Source of the DNA: a virus | Lineage: Duplodnaviria; Caudoviricetes | Virus record (IMG/VR): IMGVR_UViG_3300032303_003166 | Location: 1-64,000 of that record | Strand: one strand, 5' to 3' | Length of the DNA stretch: 64,000 nt | Part shown: positions 1 through 9,660 of the stretch, one piece after another | Layout of the letters: each line of letters starts with the position of its first letter | Position numbering within the stretch: the first letter of the stretch is position 1 | The notes under the pieces: model-generated | What the model was told of the DNA's origin: nothing | Databases searched by the model: none | Seen by the model: only the letters and a program-made list of their open reading frames with translations | Program-made: the position numbers and the translations under genes

Positions 1-3000
1 GAAGCAGTAAGTGTTTTACCATCCGCAATAGTTAAGGTAGAACCAGTTGCTGGGGAGGTAATTGATACTTTGTTAATACTAGTGGCAGAAGCAACACCAA
101 GGATAGGTGTTGTTAGTGTTGGGGAAGTGCTGAACACAATATTGGTTGAGGAAGTACCAGTAGTTCCTGTGGCACTCGTAAGATAGTTAAGTTTAGTTGA
201 TGTTGTTGTTAACGCTACATTCTCATTTAACTTAAGGCTTGTCCATGTTCCAGTAGGAGTATAGCTACCAGCCAACTCAAGAATTGTATCATTAGCATCA
301 CTAAGTGTTTTTGTTCGCTCTGTCGTGATAGGACCGCTGAATTTGGTGAATCCGTTACCTGTACCACCCTTATCGCTGGTGAGAATGGCCACACTGCTGG
401 TAACACCGCTGGATGTGGTAAGAACCACACCACCCGTGGTCAGGTGACTCAGCGTAACACCACTTCCGGTTATGGTTATCACACCTTTGGTTATGTCAGA
501 TGTGGATTGAAGAAGTAGTGTGCCAGACGCAATAGTTGAGCCACTAATCTGAGATATGATTGGAGTGGTAAGAGTTGGAGATGTGCTGAACACCACATTG
601 GTTGAAGTGGTTCCTGTGGTTCCGGTTGCACTTGTCAGGTAATTGAGCTTTGTAGAGGTTGTAGTCAGCGCAACGTTTTCATTGAGTTTAAGGCTTGTCC
701 AGGTACCCGATGGTGTATAACTTCCACCCGCTTCAAGTAGCGTATCATCAGCGTCTCTTATGGTCTTGACTCGTGTAGATTCAGCTGCTGGGCCAGTGAT
801 TCTCATGGTACCCGTGGTAGCATTTGATTGCAAGTCTAGAGCTATTTTATTGGCGTTTGAAAACTGAGTAAAGTTAAGAGCCGTAGTTCCCAGAGTAACT
901 GCCCCACTAACTCCAGCCAGAATCCATCCTTCTCCACTTTGAGTTCCAGTTTCTACGAAAACATACATACCGGTAGAGATCTCAACGCCTGGAGTATTGT
1001 CTGCATCTGCGGTTCGTGTCAGTACACCATTTGACCCGGTACCCACGGTTGAAAGATAATAAATACCATTTTGAGCTGCTGCAGCAATTGAGCTCTTTGT
1101 GGTTGACTGATCTTTGATGAGTACCCGATCATTAAGAGATATGGTTATGCCATCAAGAACCAGTGGGCTTGCAACTCCGGTTATGGTAAGAGCGGTAGCG
1201 CCTGTTCCCACATTATTGCCTGGATGAGACGCTGCAATCACGGACTCTTTTAGGTCTAGGCCAGCAGCAATATTGTCAGTGTAAGTTTTAACCGCTTTTT
1301 GAGTAGGAATTGCAGTATCTGAGTTTGCGGCCAACGTACCATCTGTATCCAGATGAGCACCGTCCAACAGGTCTACGTTAAGGTTTGTGACCTTGGTTGT
1401 ACTTGATACTGAGAAAGGAGCAGTTCCGGTTGCAATTGAGGAGGTAAACGTTTTTGCAAAAGCGTTAGTAGAATAGAAGTTACCGTCATACACTGTTTTA
1501 TCTGTTCCTGCTGGAGCGGGTGTTCCGCTTGTTTTAAAGAACGATCCAGCTCCTGTGGTTGCACTGCCAGCTGTTAAGAAAAGACCGGCAGAACCCGCGG
1601 TAATGGATGTTCCTACATACAGTTTCTTTGCAATTGCAACTCCACCTTGAAGAAAAACTGAGGCAGATGAATCAGTTGCAGAAGAAGCATTTGTGGTGAG
1701 GTCAACTCGTAGTTGGCCATCTACCATGAGGTTGTTCATACTTTCAATTTGAACCTGTACAAAAAGTTCACCCAGGGTTGGATGAGCTCTGATCACAGTT
1801 CCTATTGTAACAGAAAAATATCCATCGCCTGGTTGTGAGAGTCTAAATGCTCCAGCAGTGGTTTCTGAAAGATAGAGTTTATCTCCGGCAGTATAAGTAC
1901 TGCTTGGCAAATTGAGATCATGAACACTACCGCTTATGGTTACATAACCCATATCACCGGTAAGAATGTCCTGTGTTGCTATACCAATTACACGACTGGC
2001 CGCGTATGAGGTTGCTATTGCGGGTGCAATGGTTGGACGATTCCCATGACTTCCATTAAGATAAACAGCCATACCATTAGTAATGGTTGTACCGGTATTA
2101 TTCTCAGCTCGTAAAAGTTGTTCTTGTCCAAGATTTACTGTTACTGCGCTTGATTCATTGTAATAGGCAAGTGAGTGTGAAGCTGCATCATAGAATACTC
2201 TGCCTTCAGCCCATGCAGGAACTGCTGCACCGGTATCAAAATTAATAGAATCTGCGGTAAGAGTATTAGCAGAAAGATTTGTGGAATAAAAGTTACCATC
2301 ATAGACAAGTCGAGCAGTTCCTGCGGGAGCTGGAGTTGCAGATGTCTTGAATAGATTACCTGCACTTGAGGTTAGACTTCCTGCAACGAGATTCAGTGAT
2401 CCACCAACTGTTAAGTTTTTAGCTATTCCGGCTCCACCCGTGATTTGAACCGCACCAGAAGCCGCAGTGCCAAGAGTGTTATCAGTTGCATCTGTAGAAG
2501 CTATTGTGGTAAAAGTTGTGGCATTACCTTGCACGGGAATGTAGCCTGAAAGGGCTGAAGTTGATGTATTATACCCGTCAAGCAAATCCGCATTAAGATT
2601 ATCAACTTTAGTAGTACTAAGTACGGTTAATGGAGCGGTTCCCGTGGCTATTGAGGAAGCTATTGTGGTAAAAGTTGTTGGATATCCTTGAACTGGAATC
2701 GTTCCACTTGAAGCAGAGGTTGAAGTATTATATCCATCAAGTAAATCTGCATTTAAATTGTCTACTTTTGTGGTGCTTAGCACTGTTAGTGGCGCGGTTC
2801 CAGTAGAGATTGATGAGGCAATGGTTGTAAAAGTTGTTGGATTGCCTTGAACCGGAATGGTGCCGCTTGATGCGGATGTTGAGGTATTGTATCCATCTAA
2901 CAGATCTGCATTAAGATTGTCTACTTTAGTAGTACTAGTAACAGTTAATGGCGCAGTTCCGGTTGCTATTGATGATGTAAATGTTTTTGCAAAAGCGTTA

Positions 3001-4607
3001 GTAGCATAAAAGTTTCCATCATAGACCAGCTTATCAGTTCCTGTGGGAGCCGGAGGTGCAGATGTCCTGAACAAGTTACCTGCACTTGCAGCTAGACTTC
3101 CTATAACAAGATTCAATGATCCACCAACGGTTAAGTTTTTATATATACCAACACCACCCGTAGTGATAATAGAACCAGTATTCACTGTTCCAAGAGTGTT
3201 ATCAGTTGCATCGTTTTGATAGATTAGACCAAGGGATGAAAATAGTGAATAATTTCTGGTACCATATCGGGCTTCCAGATAAGCTGCAACGTTTGTGTTA
3301 TTTGTTCCAGTCTTACCCATGAATGAAGATATTCCATATGCTGTAACGTCAGGTGAATCGTTAGCTCCGCCTTCATAAAATGAAGCCAAGCTGGATCCGG
3401 TTATTCTATTTGTGCTATATGATATTATATCAAGTCCTCTACCTGAAGTTAAAGCATCTGTATTATAAATAGCTATTGCAGATGCTGTGGTTAATGAGCT
3501 AGCGGTTATGGAAAAAGCATCGTTATGAATTCCTGTATAATCCTGGTAAAAATATCCAGTACCAGAAGACATTGTCAAGTTGGCGTTGGCATTCAACTGT
3601 AAACCTGTGCCCACTGTCAGGTTCTTGGCTATACCAACACCACCAGCAATCTGAACAGCGCCAGAAGCCACAGTGCCTAATGTGTTATCCGTTGTGTTTG
3701 TTGACTCAATGGTTGTAAAAGTAGTAGCATTACCTTGTACAGGAATGGTGCCACTAGATGCTGAAGTAGATGTATTGTAGTCATCTAGTAAATCTGCGTT
3801 AAGATTTGTAACTTTTGTTGTGCTTGTAACTGTTAATGGAGCTGTTCCATCTGCAACAGAAGATGTAAGTGTTGAGGCTGACATGTTTGTGGCATAAAAG
3901 TTACCGTCATACACCATTTTATCTGTCCCTGCTGGAGCAGGAGTACCCGATGTCTTGAAGAACGATCCGGATCCTGAGGTTGCACTGCCCACTGTAAGAG
4001 TAAGCCCAGCAGTTCCAGCAACAGTAAGACCGTTACTCCCACTGCTTACACTGGTAATATTAGATTGAGTTGCGCCAGTAACTGTAGCAGCTGTACCCGT
4101 TGTATCTTGATTGAGAGTGGGAATATCTGCACCAACCAGTGATCTGAATGATGGAACACCGGCAGATCCATTGGGTGCAGCCAACACAGTGTTTGCAGAT
4201 TGTGATCCGGTTGTTGAAATAAGCAGAGCCCAATAAGTATGACTAGTATCTGCAACAGGGTCATGATTTAAATTAGCTGCATTTACTGAATAATAAAGAG
4301 TACCTGCGACATTTGTAATGGCGTATCGACTGTATGTAACTGTTGAAGACCATTGTGGAATAGGATCAGATGGATCAGATCCTCCAGTAGATGATACAAT
4401 AAGAGCCCAATAAGTATGACTAGTATCTGCAACAGGATCATGATTTAAATTAGCTGCATTTACTGAATAATAAAGAGTACCTGCGACATTTGTAATGGCG
4501 TATTGATCATAAGTTATGACGTCAGACCATTGAGGAATTCCAGTGTCTACATACGCTTTATCTGGAATTCCATGTGGAGTTGTTGGCGCCGGTCCTAATA
4601 TTTCCAT
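1..4607 (-). CDS. Giant repeat-rich tail fibre/virion adhesin, partial (>1530 aa, runs off left edge)
   Basis: Hand translation from ATG at 4607 (MEILGPAPTTPHG...) stays open to the window edge. Thr/Ser/Gly-rich, with two CBM5/12-like N-terminal modules, TKVDNLNADLLDG repeats and an LKESV...DRVLIKDQ...QNGIY module. Promoter motif at 4637-4645. Not in the ORF track because it has no stop codon here. Confidence 0.85.
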   Translation of the reverse strand, partial: MEILGPAPTTPHGIPDKAYVDTGIPQWSDVITYDQYAITNVAGTLYYSVNAANLNHDPVADTSHTYWALIVSSTGGSDPSDPIPQWSSTVTYSRYAITNVAGTLYYSVNAANLNHDPVADTSHTYWALLISTTGSQSANTVLAAPNGSAGVPSFRSLVGADIPTLNQDTTGTAATVTGATQSNITSVSSGSNGLTVAGTAGLTLTVGSATSGSGSFFKTSGTPAPAGTDKMVYDGNFYATNMSASTLTSSVADGTAPLTVTSTTKVTNLNADLLDDYNTSTSASSGTIPVQGNATTFTTIESTNTTDNTLGTVASGAVQIAGGVGIAKNLTVGTGLQLNANANLTMSSGTGYFYQDYTGIHNDAFSITASSLTTASAIAIYNTDALTSGRGLDIISYSTNRITGSSLASFYEGGANDSPDVTAYGISSFMGKTGTNNTNVAAYLEARYGTRNYSLFSSLGLIYQNDATDNTLGTVNTGSIITTGGVGIYKNLTVGGSLNLVIGSLAASAGNLFRTSAPPAPTGTDKLVYDGNFYATNAFAKTFTSSIATGTAPLTVTSTTKVDNLNADLLDGYNTSTSASSGTIPVQGNPTTFTTIASSISTGTAPLTVLSTTKVDNLNADLLDGYNTSTSASSGTIPVQGYPTTFTTIASSIATGTAPLTVLSTTKVDNLNADLLDGYNTSTSALSGYIPVQGNATTFTTIASTDATDNTLGTAASGAVQITGGAGIAKNLTVGGSLNLVAGSLTSSAGNLFKTSATPAPAGTARLVYDGNFYSTNLSANTLTADSINFDTGAAVPAWAEGRVFYDAASHSLAYYNESSAVTVNLGQEQLLRAENNTGTTITNGMAVYLNGSHGNRPTIAPAIATSYAASRVIGIATQDILTGDMGYVTISGSVHDLNLPSSTYTAGDKLYLSETTAGAFRLSQPGDGYFSVTIGTVIRAHPTLGELFVQVQIESMNNLMVDGQLRVDLTTNASSATDSSASVFLQGGVAIAKKLYVGTSITAGSAGLFLTAGSATTGAGSFFKTSGTPAPAGTDKTVYDGNFYSTNAFAKTFTSSIATGTAPFSVSSTTKVTNLNVDLLDGAHLDTDGTLAANSDTAIPTQKAVKTYTDNIAAGLDLKESVIAASHPGNNVGTGATALTITGVASPLVLDGITISLNDRVLIKDQSTTKSSIAAAAQNGIYYLSTVGTGSNGVLTRTADADNTPGVEISTGMYVFVETGTQSGEGWILAGVSGAVTLGTTALNFTQFSNANKIALDLQSNATTGTMRITGPAAESTRVKTIRDADDTLLEAGGSYTPSGTWTSLKLNENVALTTTSTKLNYLTSATGTTGTTSTNVVFSTSPTLTTPIISQISGSTIASGTLLLQSTSDITKGVITITGSGVTLSHLTTGGVVLTTSSGVTSSVAILTSDKGGTGNGFTKFSGPITTERTKTLSDANDTILELAGSYTPTGTWTSLKLNENVALTTTSTKLNYLTSATGTTGTSSTNIVFSTSPTLTTPILGVASATSINKVSITSPATGSTLTIADGKTLTA
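2500..2975. repeat. Three tandem ~153-bp (51-aa) coding repeats, with further copies near 3700-3870 and 1360-1440
   Basis: Unit SSIATGTAPLTVLSTTKVDNLNADLLDGYNTSTSASSGTIPVQGNPTTFTTIA. Confidence 0.85.
4225..4503. repeat. Near-perfect ~102-bp direct repeat (4225-4326 / 4402-4503) in the fibre gene
   Basis: One mismatch seen; encodes YAITNVAGTLYYSVNAANLNHDPVADTSHTYWAL twice. Confidence 0.9.
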
Positions 4608-4659
4608 TTTAGATCCTTAATCGAGTTCTACTACCTTATTTAGTAAAAACTAAGGAATC

Positions 4660-5496
4660 TTAGGTTAAACCTCTATCATCAATTTGTCCCATAACAACAA
4701 CTTGAAAAGCATCAGTTCCAGGAGCGTTTCCAGCTGCAAACTTAACTGTGATGTTATTGAGGTCAGTATGCTGTACGTCTACAAGAACTTGATCATAATT
4801 TCCACTGTTTCTGTACACTGAAACAGTTACATCTCTTGTTCCTAAAGCGTGATTGACTGTAAATGATGTTGCAGAAGTATCACCAATAGGTACTGAATAC
4901 TTCTTGATCTGTCCAGTCCAGTTGGTTAGAGTTGAAGGAGTAATTACTCTACCAGTGTCTGTACCAACATTAACTTCAACCTGTGTAGCAAGCTCTACTG
5001 TACCACCGGTGGTTTCTGAAGCTGTAGGAGTTCCTGTTCCAAAAATAGAGAATACGATATCATCATCACCTAAGACTGGCTTTACCGTAGTTTGTCTGTA
5101 AGATACTCCAGCTGAAGTTCCCTCATCAACAGTAATAACTGCGTTGTTAAATTCCAAACTGGAATTCATGTCTGATGAGCGGACCATGGGAGTGCTGCCA
5201 GAATTCCAAATGTAGATACCATTGGTCTTGGCATCATCTTGAGCTTTTACCAGTACTCTGTTGTCTTGAGCCATGGTAACACTGTTGATGGTTGCACCAG
5301 GAGAAGATAGTGTAATGTTACCTTGAGTTGCTACTCTGACATTGTCTTTCCAGGCAAGTCCTTCAGAAAATGAATTGAATTGAGCTAATGTTACTGGTGA
5401 TTGATCTTCAGTTGCATCAGGAATATTGATAATCCTACTGACGCCATTAAAGTCAAAGTCGGTATAAACATAAGTTCCAGTGTGTGATGTAGCCAT
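4660..5496 (-). CDS. Tail-fibre-associated structural protein
   Basis: WKDNVRVAT...NRVLVKAQ...NGIY module (also in the giant fibre) and C-terminal HALGTRDV fibre motif. Confidence 0.7.
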   Translation of the reverse strand: MATSHTGTYVYTDFDFNGVSRIINIPDATEDQSPVTLAQFNSFSEGLAWKDNVRVATQGNITLSSPGATINSVTMAQDNRVLVKAQDDAKTNGIYIWNSGSTPMVRSSDMNSSLEFNNAVITVDEGTSAGVSYRQTTVKPVLGDDDIVFSIFGTGTPTASETTGGTVELATQVEVNVGTDTGRVITPSTLTNWTGQIKKYSVPIGDTSATSFTVNHALGTRDVTVSVYRNSGNYDQVLVDVQHTDLNNITVKFAAGNAPGTDAFQVVVMGQIDDRGLT

Positions 5497-5511
5497 ATAT
5501 ATGTCCTTCCT

Positions 5512-5985
5512 TTAGATAAGCCGTGCTGTTCCAGCTACAGGAGCTGAAAATGATATTTCTAAAACGTTATTACTTAAATTAGTAACTGTGCCAAGGAGAC
5601 TAACTCCGCCAGTAGTGTAAGTCATGACTATTGGTTTTCGCCCTAAATTATGAGCTATTGTCCAGGTTGTGCTTGGTAAAGTCTTAACGTAATTATATGA
5701 AGGAGCTAACCATTGAGTGTTGAAGTTTGTAGAGTCTATTTTAACAAGAACATCTCCAGCCAACCCCCCAACTGGAACACCCGCTCCTTGAGGTCCTACT
5801 CCGCCTTCATCTTTAACAGTATGAGTTATTACTATTGTTGGAGTCAATTGAGTATCTAGATTTGCATTATCAACTGTGAGAATGGTGTCAGGATTTTCAG
5901 CGTCAATAAGGTATGAAAGACGAGGAGTATCTGCTACAATTGTAGCAATTATTGTATCATCTTCATAGATTAGGTTTGTGGACAC
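5512..5985 (-). CDS. Tail-fibre-associated protein
   Basis: GVPVGGLAGDVLVK...NTQW and WTIAHNLGRKP motifs typical of fibre modules. Confidence 0.6.
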   Translation of the reverse strand: MSTNLIYEDDTIIATIVADTPRLSYLIDAENPDTILTVDNANLDTQLTPTIVITHTVKDEGGVGPQGAGVPVGGLAGDVLVKIDSTNFNTQWLAPSYNYVKTLPSTTWTIAHNLGRKPIVMTYTTGGVSLLGTVTNLSNNVLEISFSAPVAGTARLI

Positions 5986-6351
5986 TTAAACACCTTTTGT
6001 TATAGAAGGATAGATTAACGCTTTACCAAAAAGGATTTTTTCTCTTGTAAGATCTGGATGAATTAAAAAAATGTCATAAACATAGATATCTGGAACTGTT
6101 GGATCTCTTGATACCTGAGGAATAGATAGAGACACCTCATAATCCATTCCAATATAGAACACTCCATCAGACTGATCTGGATTAAATGTTACATTCATTG
6201 TATAAAACTTATTGTCTTCTGGATTAATGCGTACTTGGCCTACGCCAGTCCAAGCTGTCATATTAAATGGAACTTCAGCGTAATCTTTATAAGTAAACTT
6301 TCTTTTAAAAGTTTCTCCTCGATTTATGGATATCTGAAGATTTGCTGCCAT
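5986..6351 (-). CDS. BppU/LtfC-like fibre attachment protein
   Basis: I.RGETF...YVYDI...KILFG pattern; co-transcribed with fibre genes. Confidence 0.55.
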   Translation of the reverse strand: MAANLQISINRGETFKRKFTYKDYAEVPFNMTAWTGVGQVRINPEDNKFYTMNVTFNPDQSDGVFYIGMDYEVSLSIPQVSRDPTVPDIYVYDIFLIHPDLTREKILFGKALIYPSITKGV

Positions 6352-6935
6352 TAATAATAAATTCCTGTTATGGTAGTATCAATATCTCCAGTTTGAATAT
6401 GGCTTATGGTCCAAGTTCCATTGCTATTGAGCTGTTGCAAATAGGTTCCAGGATCAATTCCCATTGTAGAAATAATCATTCCTCTCATAAGATCTCCTGT
6501 AGCATTTGCAATATCATAAAGAATGTCAGTGCCATCATCAATCTTTCCATCAAATTGAATCTCAATTGAATGAAATGGAACATATGAAACTTCAGGAATA
6601 ACAACGCCATAGAGAGTGAGTCTGTAAGCAGATGTGTCTCCAGTATTGTTTGATTTAAGCCACACAGCGGTTCCATCCATATCAATAGCCAGAGTTTCTC
6701 CAGTAAGAATTGTTAGGTAGGCAATAGGGGCGCTTGGAACAATCACATTTAGCACTACATAAAGGGTATTGTCAGAATCATTGATGAGAGATAATCTTCT
6801 AAAACGATCTGTTGAAATGAGGTTATACCCAGTGCTAACCGCAGGATCTGAATCAGGAGAGTTCCCGGCAAGACCATCATATGATTTGTGTGTATGTGAA
6901 CCTGTAAATGCTAATTGGCGTCTATTTTCTATCAT
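6351..6935 (-). CDS. Hypothetical virion protein
   Basis: 194-aa beta-rich ORF with GAGG RBS, behind promoter motif at 6957-6965. Confidence 0.6.
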   Translation of the reverse strand: MIENRRQLAFTGSHTHKSYDGLAGNSPDSDPAVSTGYNLISTDRFRRLSLINDSDNTLYVVLNVIVPSAPIAYLTILTGETLAIDMDGTAVWLKSNNTGDTSAYRLTLYGVVIPEVSYVPFHSIEIQFDGKIDDGTDILYDIANATGDLMRGMIISTMGIDPGTYLQQLNSNGTWTISHIQTGDIDTTITGIYY

Positions 6936-6956
6936 GGGATACCTCGTGTCTATTTA

Positions 6957-7009
6957 TAATTAGTATATAGCTGTCTTTATTCACCATTGGCCAATCTTAT
7001 TACTAATTA
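6957..7009. promoter_or_regulatory. Divergent pair of late-type promoter motifs TACTAATTA (representative of about 25 sites)
   Basis: Minus 6957-6965 and plus 7001-7009; the motif recurs upstream of most structural genes. Confidence 0.75.
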
Positions 7010-7042
7010 TTTAGAAATAGTTTATCATAAAGAGAGTCTGAA

Positions 7043-7999
7043 ATGAGAACAAAAGATCTAGCTGTGGTCTGTATTGGGAGATTTGCTCCACCAACCAAAG
7101 GTCATAGTGTGGTTTTTAAAAAAGTAAATGATCTATCCAATGATTTAGATGCGGATGGTTGGATATTTACAACCACCTCTTATTGGAAAACCAATAAAGC
7201 TTCAAATGCAGAAGACAGAATGAGAAACCCAATACCATTTGAGTTTAAAATAGAACTATTACAAGAGATTGTTTTAGAAAATAATTGGTCTATACAGGTG
7301 TATGATAAACCGGACGCCTCAAGTCCGGTTTTAGCCGCTAAAAAGCTATATGAAATGGGCTATACTGGAGTAACATTTATTGCTGGATCAGACAGAGTTG
7401 AGGGTGGAGAAGACGAATATGAGTCTATGGTGAAATCTTACAATGGAAAAGAATACTATTTAGACCCATTAACTTTTGAAAAAGCAGGAGATAGATTAAG
7501 CAGCGCAGCCAGTGATACTGATTTTATAAAAACAATAAGTGGAACAAAGCTTAGACAGTGCGTTTTAAATGACGATTTTGATAGCTTTAGCAAAATGATT
7601 GATTCACATGATGAAGACTTGAAGCTAGAATTATTTGGCATAATTAAAAGCAATTTTGATGAAATACAGCAAATTGACATCAATAAAGCAAACGTCAAGA
7701 AAGCTAGAGATGCAGCAAATGCTCAAAAAAGAGCAGACATAGACGCAAGAAAGGCTGCAAGACTTGCAAACAAGTCTGAAAGTTCATTACGTGAAGAAGA
7801 TGAAATCATTAAATCAGAACTAGACAAAGGCATTGCTGATGAAGATGAAGAGCATGGAAATACTTTTTTAAAGTATATTAAGAAAGCTCGTGATTTACAC
7901 GATATGGAAACAGATGTGGCTAAAGATCATTTAACACAAGTAGATCCAGAGTATTACAGTAAAATTCAAAAGTTTTTTAATACTAGCAGACATAAATAA
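7043..7999 (+). CDS. Phage cytidyltransferase-like (HxGH nucleotidyltransferase) with C-terminal DUF5661-like module
   Basis: GRFAPPTKGH, AGSDRV and ISGTKLR motifs; tail KGIADEDEEH...VAKDHL..DPEYYSK. Confidence 0.75.
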   Translation: MRTKDLAVVCIGRFAPPTKGHSVVFKKVNDLSNDLDADGWIFTTTSYWKTNKASNAEDRMRNPIPFEFKIELLQEIVLENNWSIQVYDKPDASSPVLAAKKLYEMGYTGVTFIAGSDRVEGGEDEYESMVKSYNGKEYYLDPLTFEKAGDRLSSAASDTDFIKTISGTKLRQCVLNDDFDSFSKMIDSHDEDLKLELFGIIKSNFDEIQQIDINKANVKKARDAANAQKRADIDARKAARLANKSESSLREEDEIIKSELDKGIADEDEEHGNTFLKYIKKARDLHDMETDVAKDHLTQVDPEYYSKIQKFFNTSRHK

Positions 8000-8004
8000 A
8001 AAAG

Positions 8005-8628
8005 GTGGCAAGAATGTTAAAATTTGAAAGTATACTTAGTGAAAAAAAAATTATGACAAAAAAAGAAGATCCATGTTGGGATGATTACCACATGGTTGGT
8101 ATGAAAGACAAAGATGGACGTGAGGTACCTAATTGTGTTCCTGATAATCCTAAGGAGAGTATTATAAAAATTACATCACAAGATATTTTGGAGGCTCTAA
8201 TTAGCAAAACAATCTCTATTGAAGAAGCTCAGTTCTTTCTAATGGAAGAAGCTCAATCACAATTTGATTTAATTGAATCTGTAGTTGAAGAACTAGCACT
8301 ATTATATGATCTAGATTCAGAATATATTTGGGAAGAGCTTGAACAAGTTACTGATCAAGATCTATTAGAGTATGCAGTTGATGCCAAAGGTCACAAAAGT
8401 TCTAAAGGTGGCTTGACTCAAAAAGGTCGTGATGCAGAGAATAAGAAAAGTGGTAGTCATTTACAGGCGCCAGTAACAACTCCACCAAGTAAATTAAAAC
8501 CTGGAAGCAAAGCTGCAAAAAGAAGAAAATCTTTTTGTGCTCGTATGGGTGGTGTGAAAGGTCCTATGAAGAAACCCAATGGTGAGCCAACTCGCAAAGC
8601 ACTTGCTTTAAAAAGATGGAATTGCTAG
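8005..8628 (+). CDS. Modular phage protein with C-terminal DUF6321-like domain
   Basis: PCWDDY...EVPNCVP motif; GGLTQKGR...RRKSFCARM...LKRWNC as in T4-like cyanophage proteins. Confidence 0.7.
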   Translation: MARMLKFESILSEKKIMTKKEDPCWDDYHMVGMKDKDGREVPNCVPDNPKESIIKITSQDILEALISKTISIEEAQFFLMEEAQSQFDLIESVVEELALLYDLDSEYIWEELEQVTDQDLLEYAVDAKGHKSSKGGLTQKGRDAENKKSGSHLQAPVTTPPSKLKPGSKAAKRRKSFCARMGGVKGPMKKPNGEPTRKALALKRWNC

Positions 8629-8671
8629 CATAGCATCCTCTTAGACTTTTTAGTCTAAGAGGAGTTTGATT

Positions 8672-9529
8672 TTAACCAAAAACTGAAGAGACCCGGCGAT
8701 CCCAAGAAACTCTTTGGGAAAGCTTGGGAACATGATGACTTACAGCTTCAGTTGCCAATTGCAACAACATATAAGCTGTAGCATCTTTTCCAGCAATAAC
8801 ATCCACAATATCACCGTCTTTGTTATACTCTAGGTGAACCAGACCAGATGAAAGTTCAACCACTTTTTTAGCCAGTCTCTTGGAGAGCACTTCCATCATA
8901 AGAAGCTTGAGTGTAGGGCTAAGCTTTTGTCCATAGATTTCAGAAAGTGTCTTGGCTTTTGCAGCAAAGCCCGCTGAATTCTTTTCAAGAGCTTCCATAA
9001 GAATTTTTCCAATCTCATTATAGTCAGGCTCTTTAACATGAGGAAAGCGTAGAAGTTCTATAGTCTGACCAACAGAACTACCATTTTCACATAGCCAACG
9101 ATAATTGCCAAAGATGAAAGTTAAGGAAGATGAGCGGTCATAGGAATTTTGAACAATAATACGTGGAGAATATCCATCATCCTGCGCTTTACTATCAATG
9201 CCTTTTGCAAAGACATCAAACTTAATCTCTGGAAGAATAATTTCTCGCTGAAAGAGTGATCCTTTGCGAGCAACTGTCATCTTGCGAGTTTCAAACTTAA
9301 TTTCATTTGCGGAAAGAAGATCATCCACAAAAGTATTTGCAGTACCATGCTCAGTTAGCTTATAGGCAGGACGAACAACTGAAAGAGTTTCGTGATTGTC
9401 TGAGCGAACAAGCTCATCAAAATGAGTAGGTAGCCCATAGCTGTTCATTAGCTGCTTGCGCTCTACTCCAAAGAAGCAGTTTGTATCTTCACTTTTCTTC
9501 ATGTTTTTAAGAATTCTTTTTTTTGCCAT
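8672..9529 (-). CDS. DUF932/DUF945-like protein
   Basis: LVRSD...LSVV..AYKL, NSYDRSSS, YRWLCENG. Start moved to ATG 9529 (AAGGAG RBS, sigma70-type promoter). Confidence 0.7.
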   Translation of the reverse strand: MAKKRILKNMKKSEDTNCFFGVERKQLMNSYGLPTHFDELVRSDNHETLSVVRPAYKLTEHGTANTFVDDLLSANEIKFETRKMTVARKGSLFQREIILPEIKFDVFAKGIDSKAQDDGYSPRIIVQNSYDRSSSLTFIFGNYRWLCENGSSVGQTIELLRFPHVKEPDYNEIGKILMEALEKNSAGFAAKAKTLSEIYGQKLSPTLKLLMMEVLSKRLAKKVVELSSGLVHLEYNKDGDIVDVIAGKDATAYMLLQLATEAVSHHVPKLSQRVSWDRRVSSVFG

Positions 9530-9551
9530 TTTAATGACTCCTTGTAGTATT

Positions 9552-9580
9552 AATATAACCACACTAAAAACAAATGTAAA
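9552..9580 (-). promoter_or_regulatory. Sigma70-type early promoter TTTACA-N17-TATATT (representative)
   Basis: Same arrangement at 27638-27666(-), 28105-28132(-, N16), 39139-39167(-), 54119-54147(+), 15503-15531(+, TATTTT). Confidence 0.75.
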
Positions 9581-9660
9581 AAAATAATTGCACACTTTCC
9601 TCCACAAAGTATCATTTCGTGATACTTTGTGGAGGCAAATGATGCTATTTAGTAGCAATC

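Noticed and set aside
227-4264. Short minus-strand ORFs in the track (227, 1373, 2141, 3833, 4046)
   Set aside because: Out-of-frame shadows inside the single long fibre ORF.
4225-4503. Possible DGR template/variable repeat pair
   Set aside because: Both copies are in-frame coding with one synonymous mismatch; no adenine-specific variation and no reverse transcriptase in the window.
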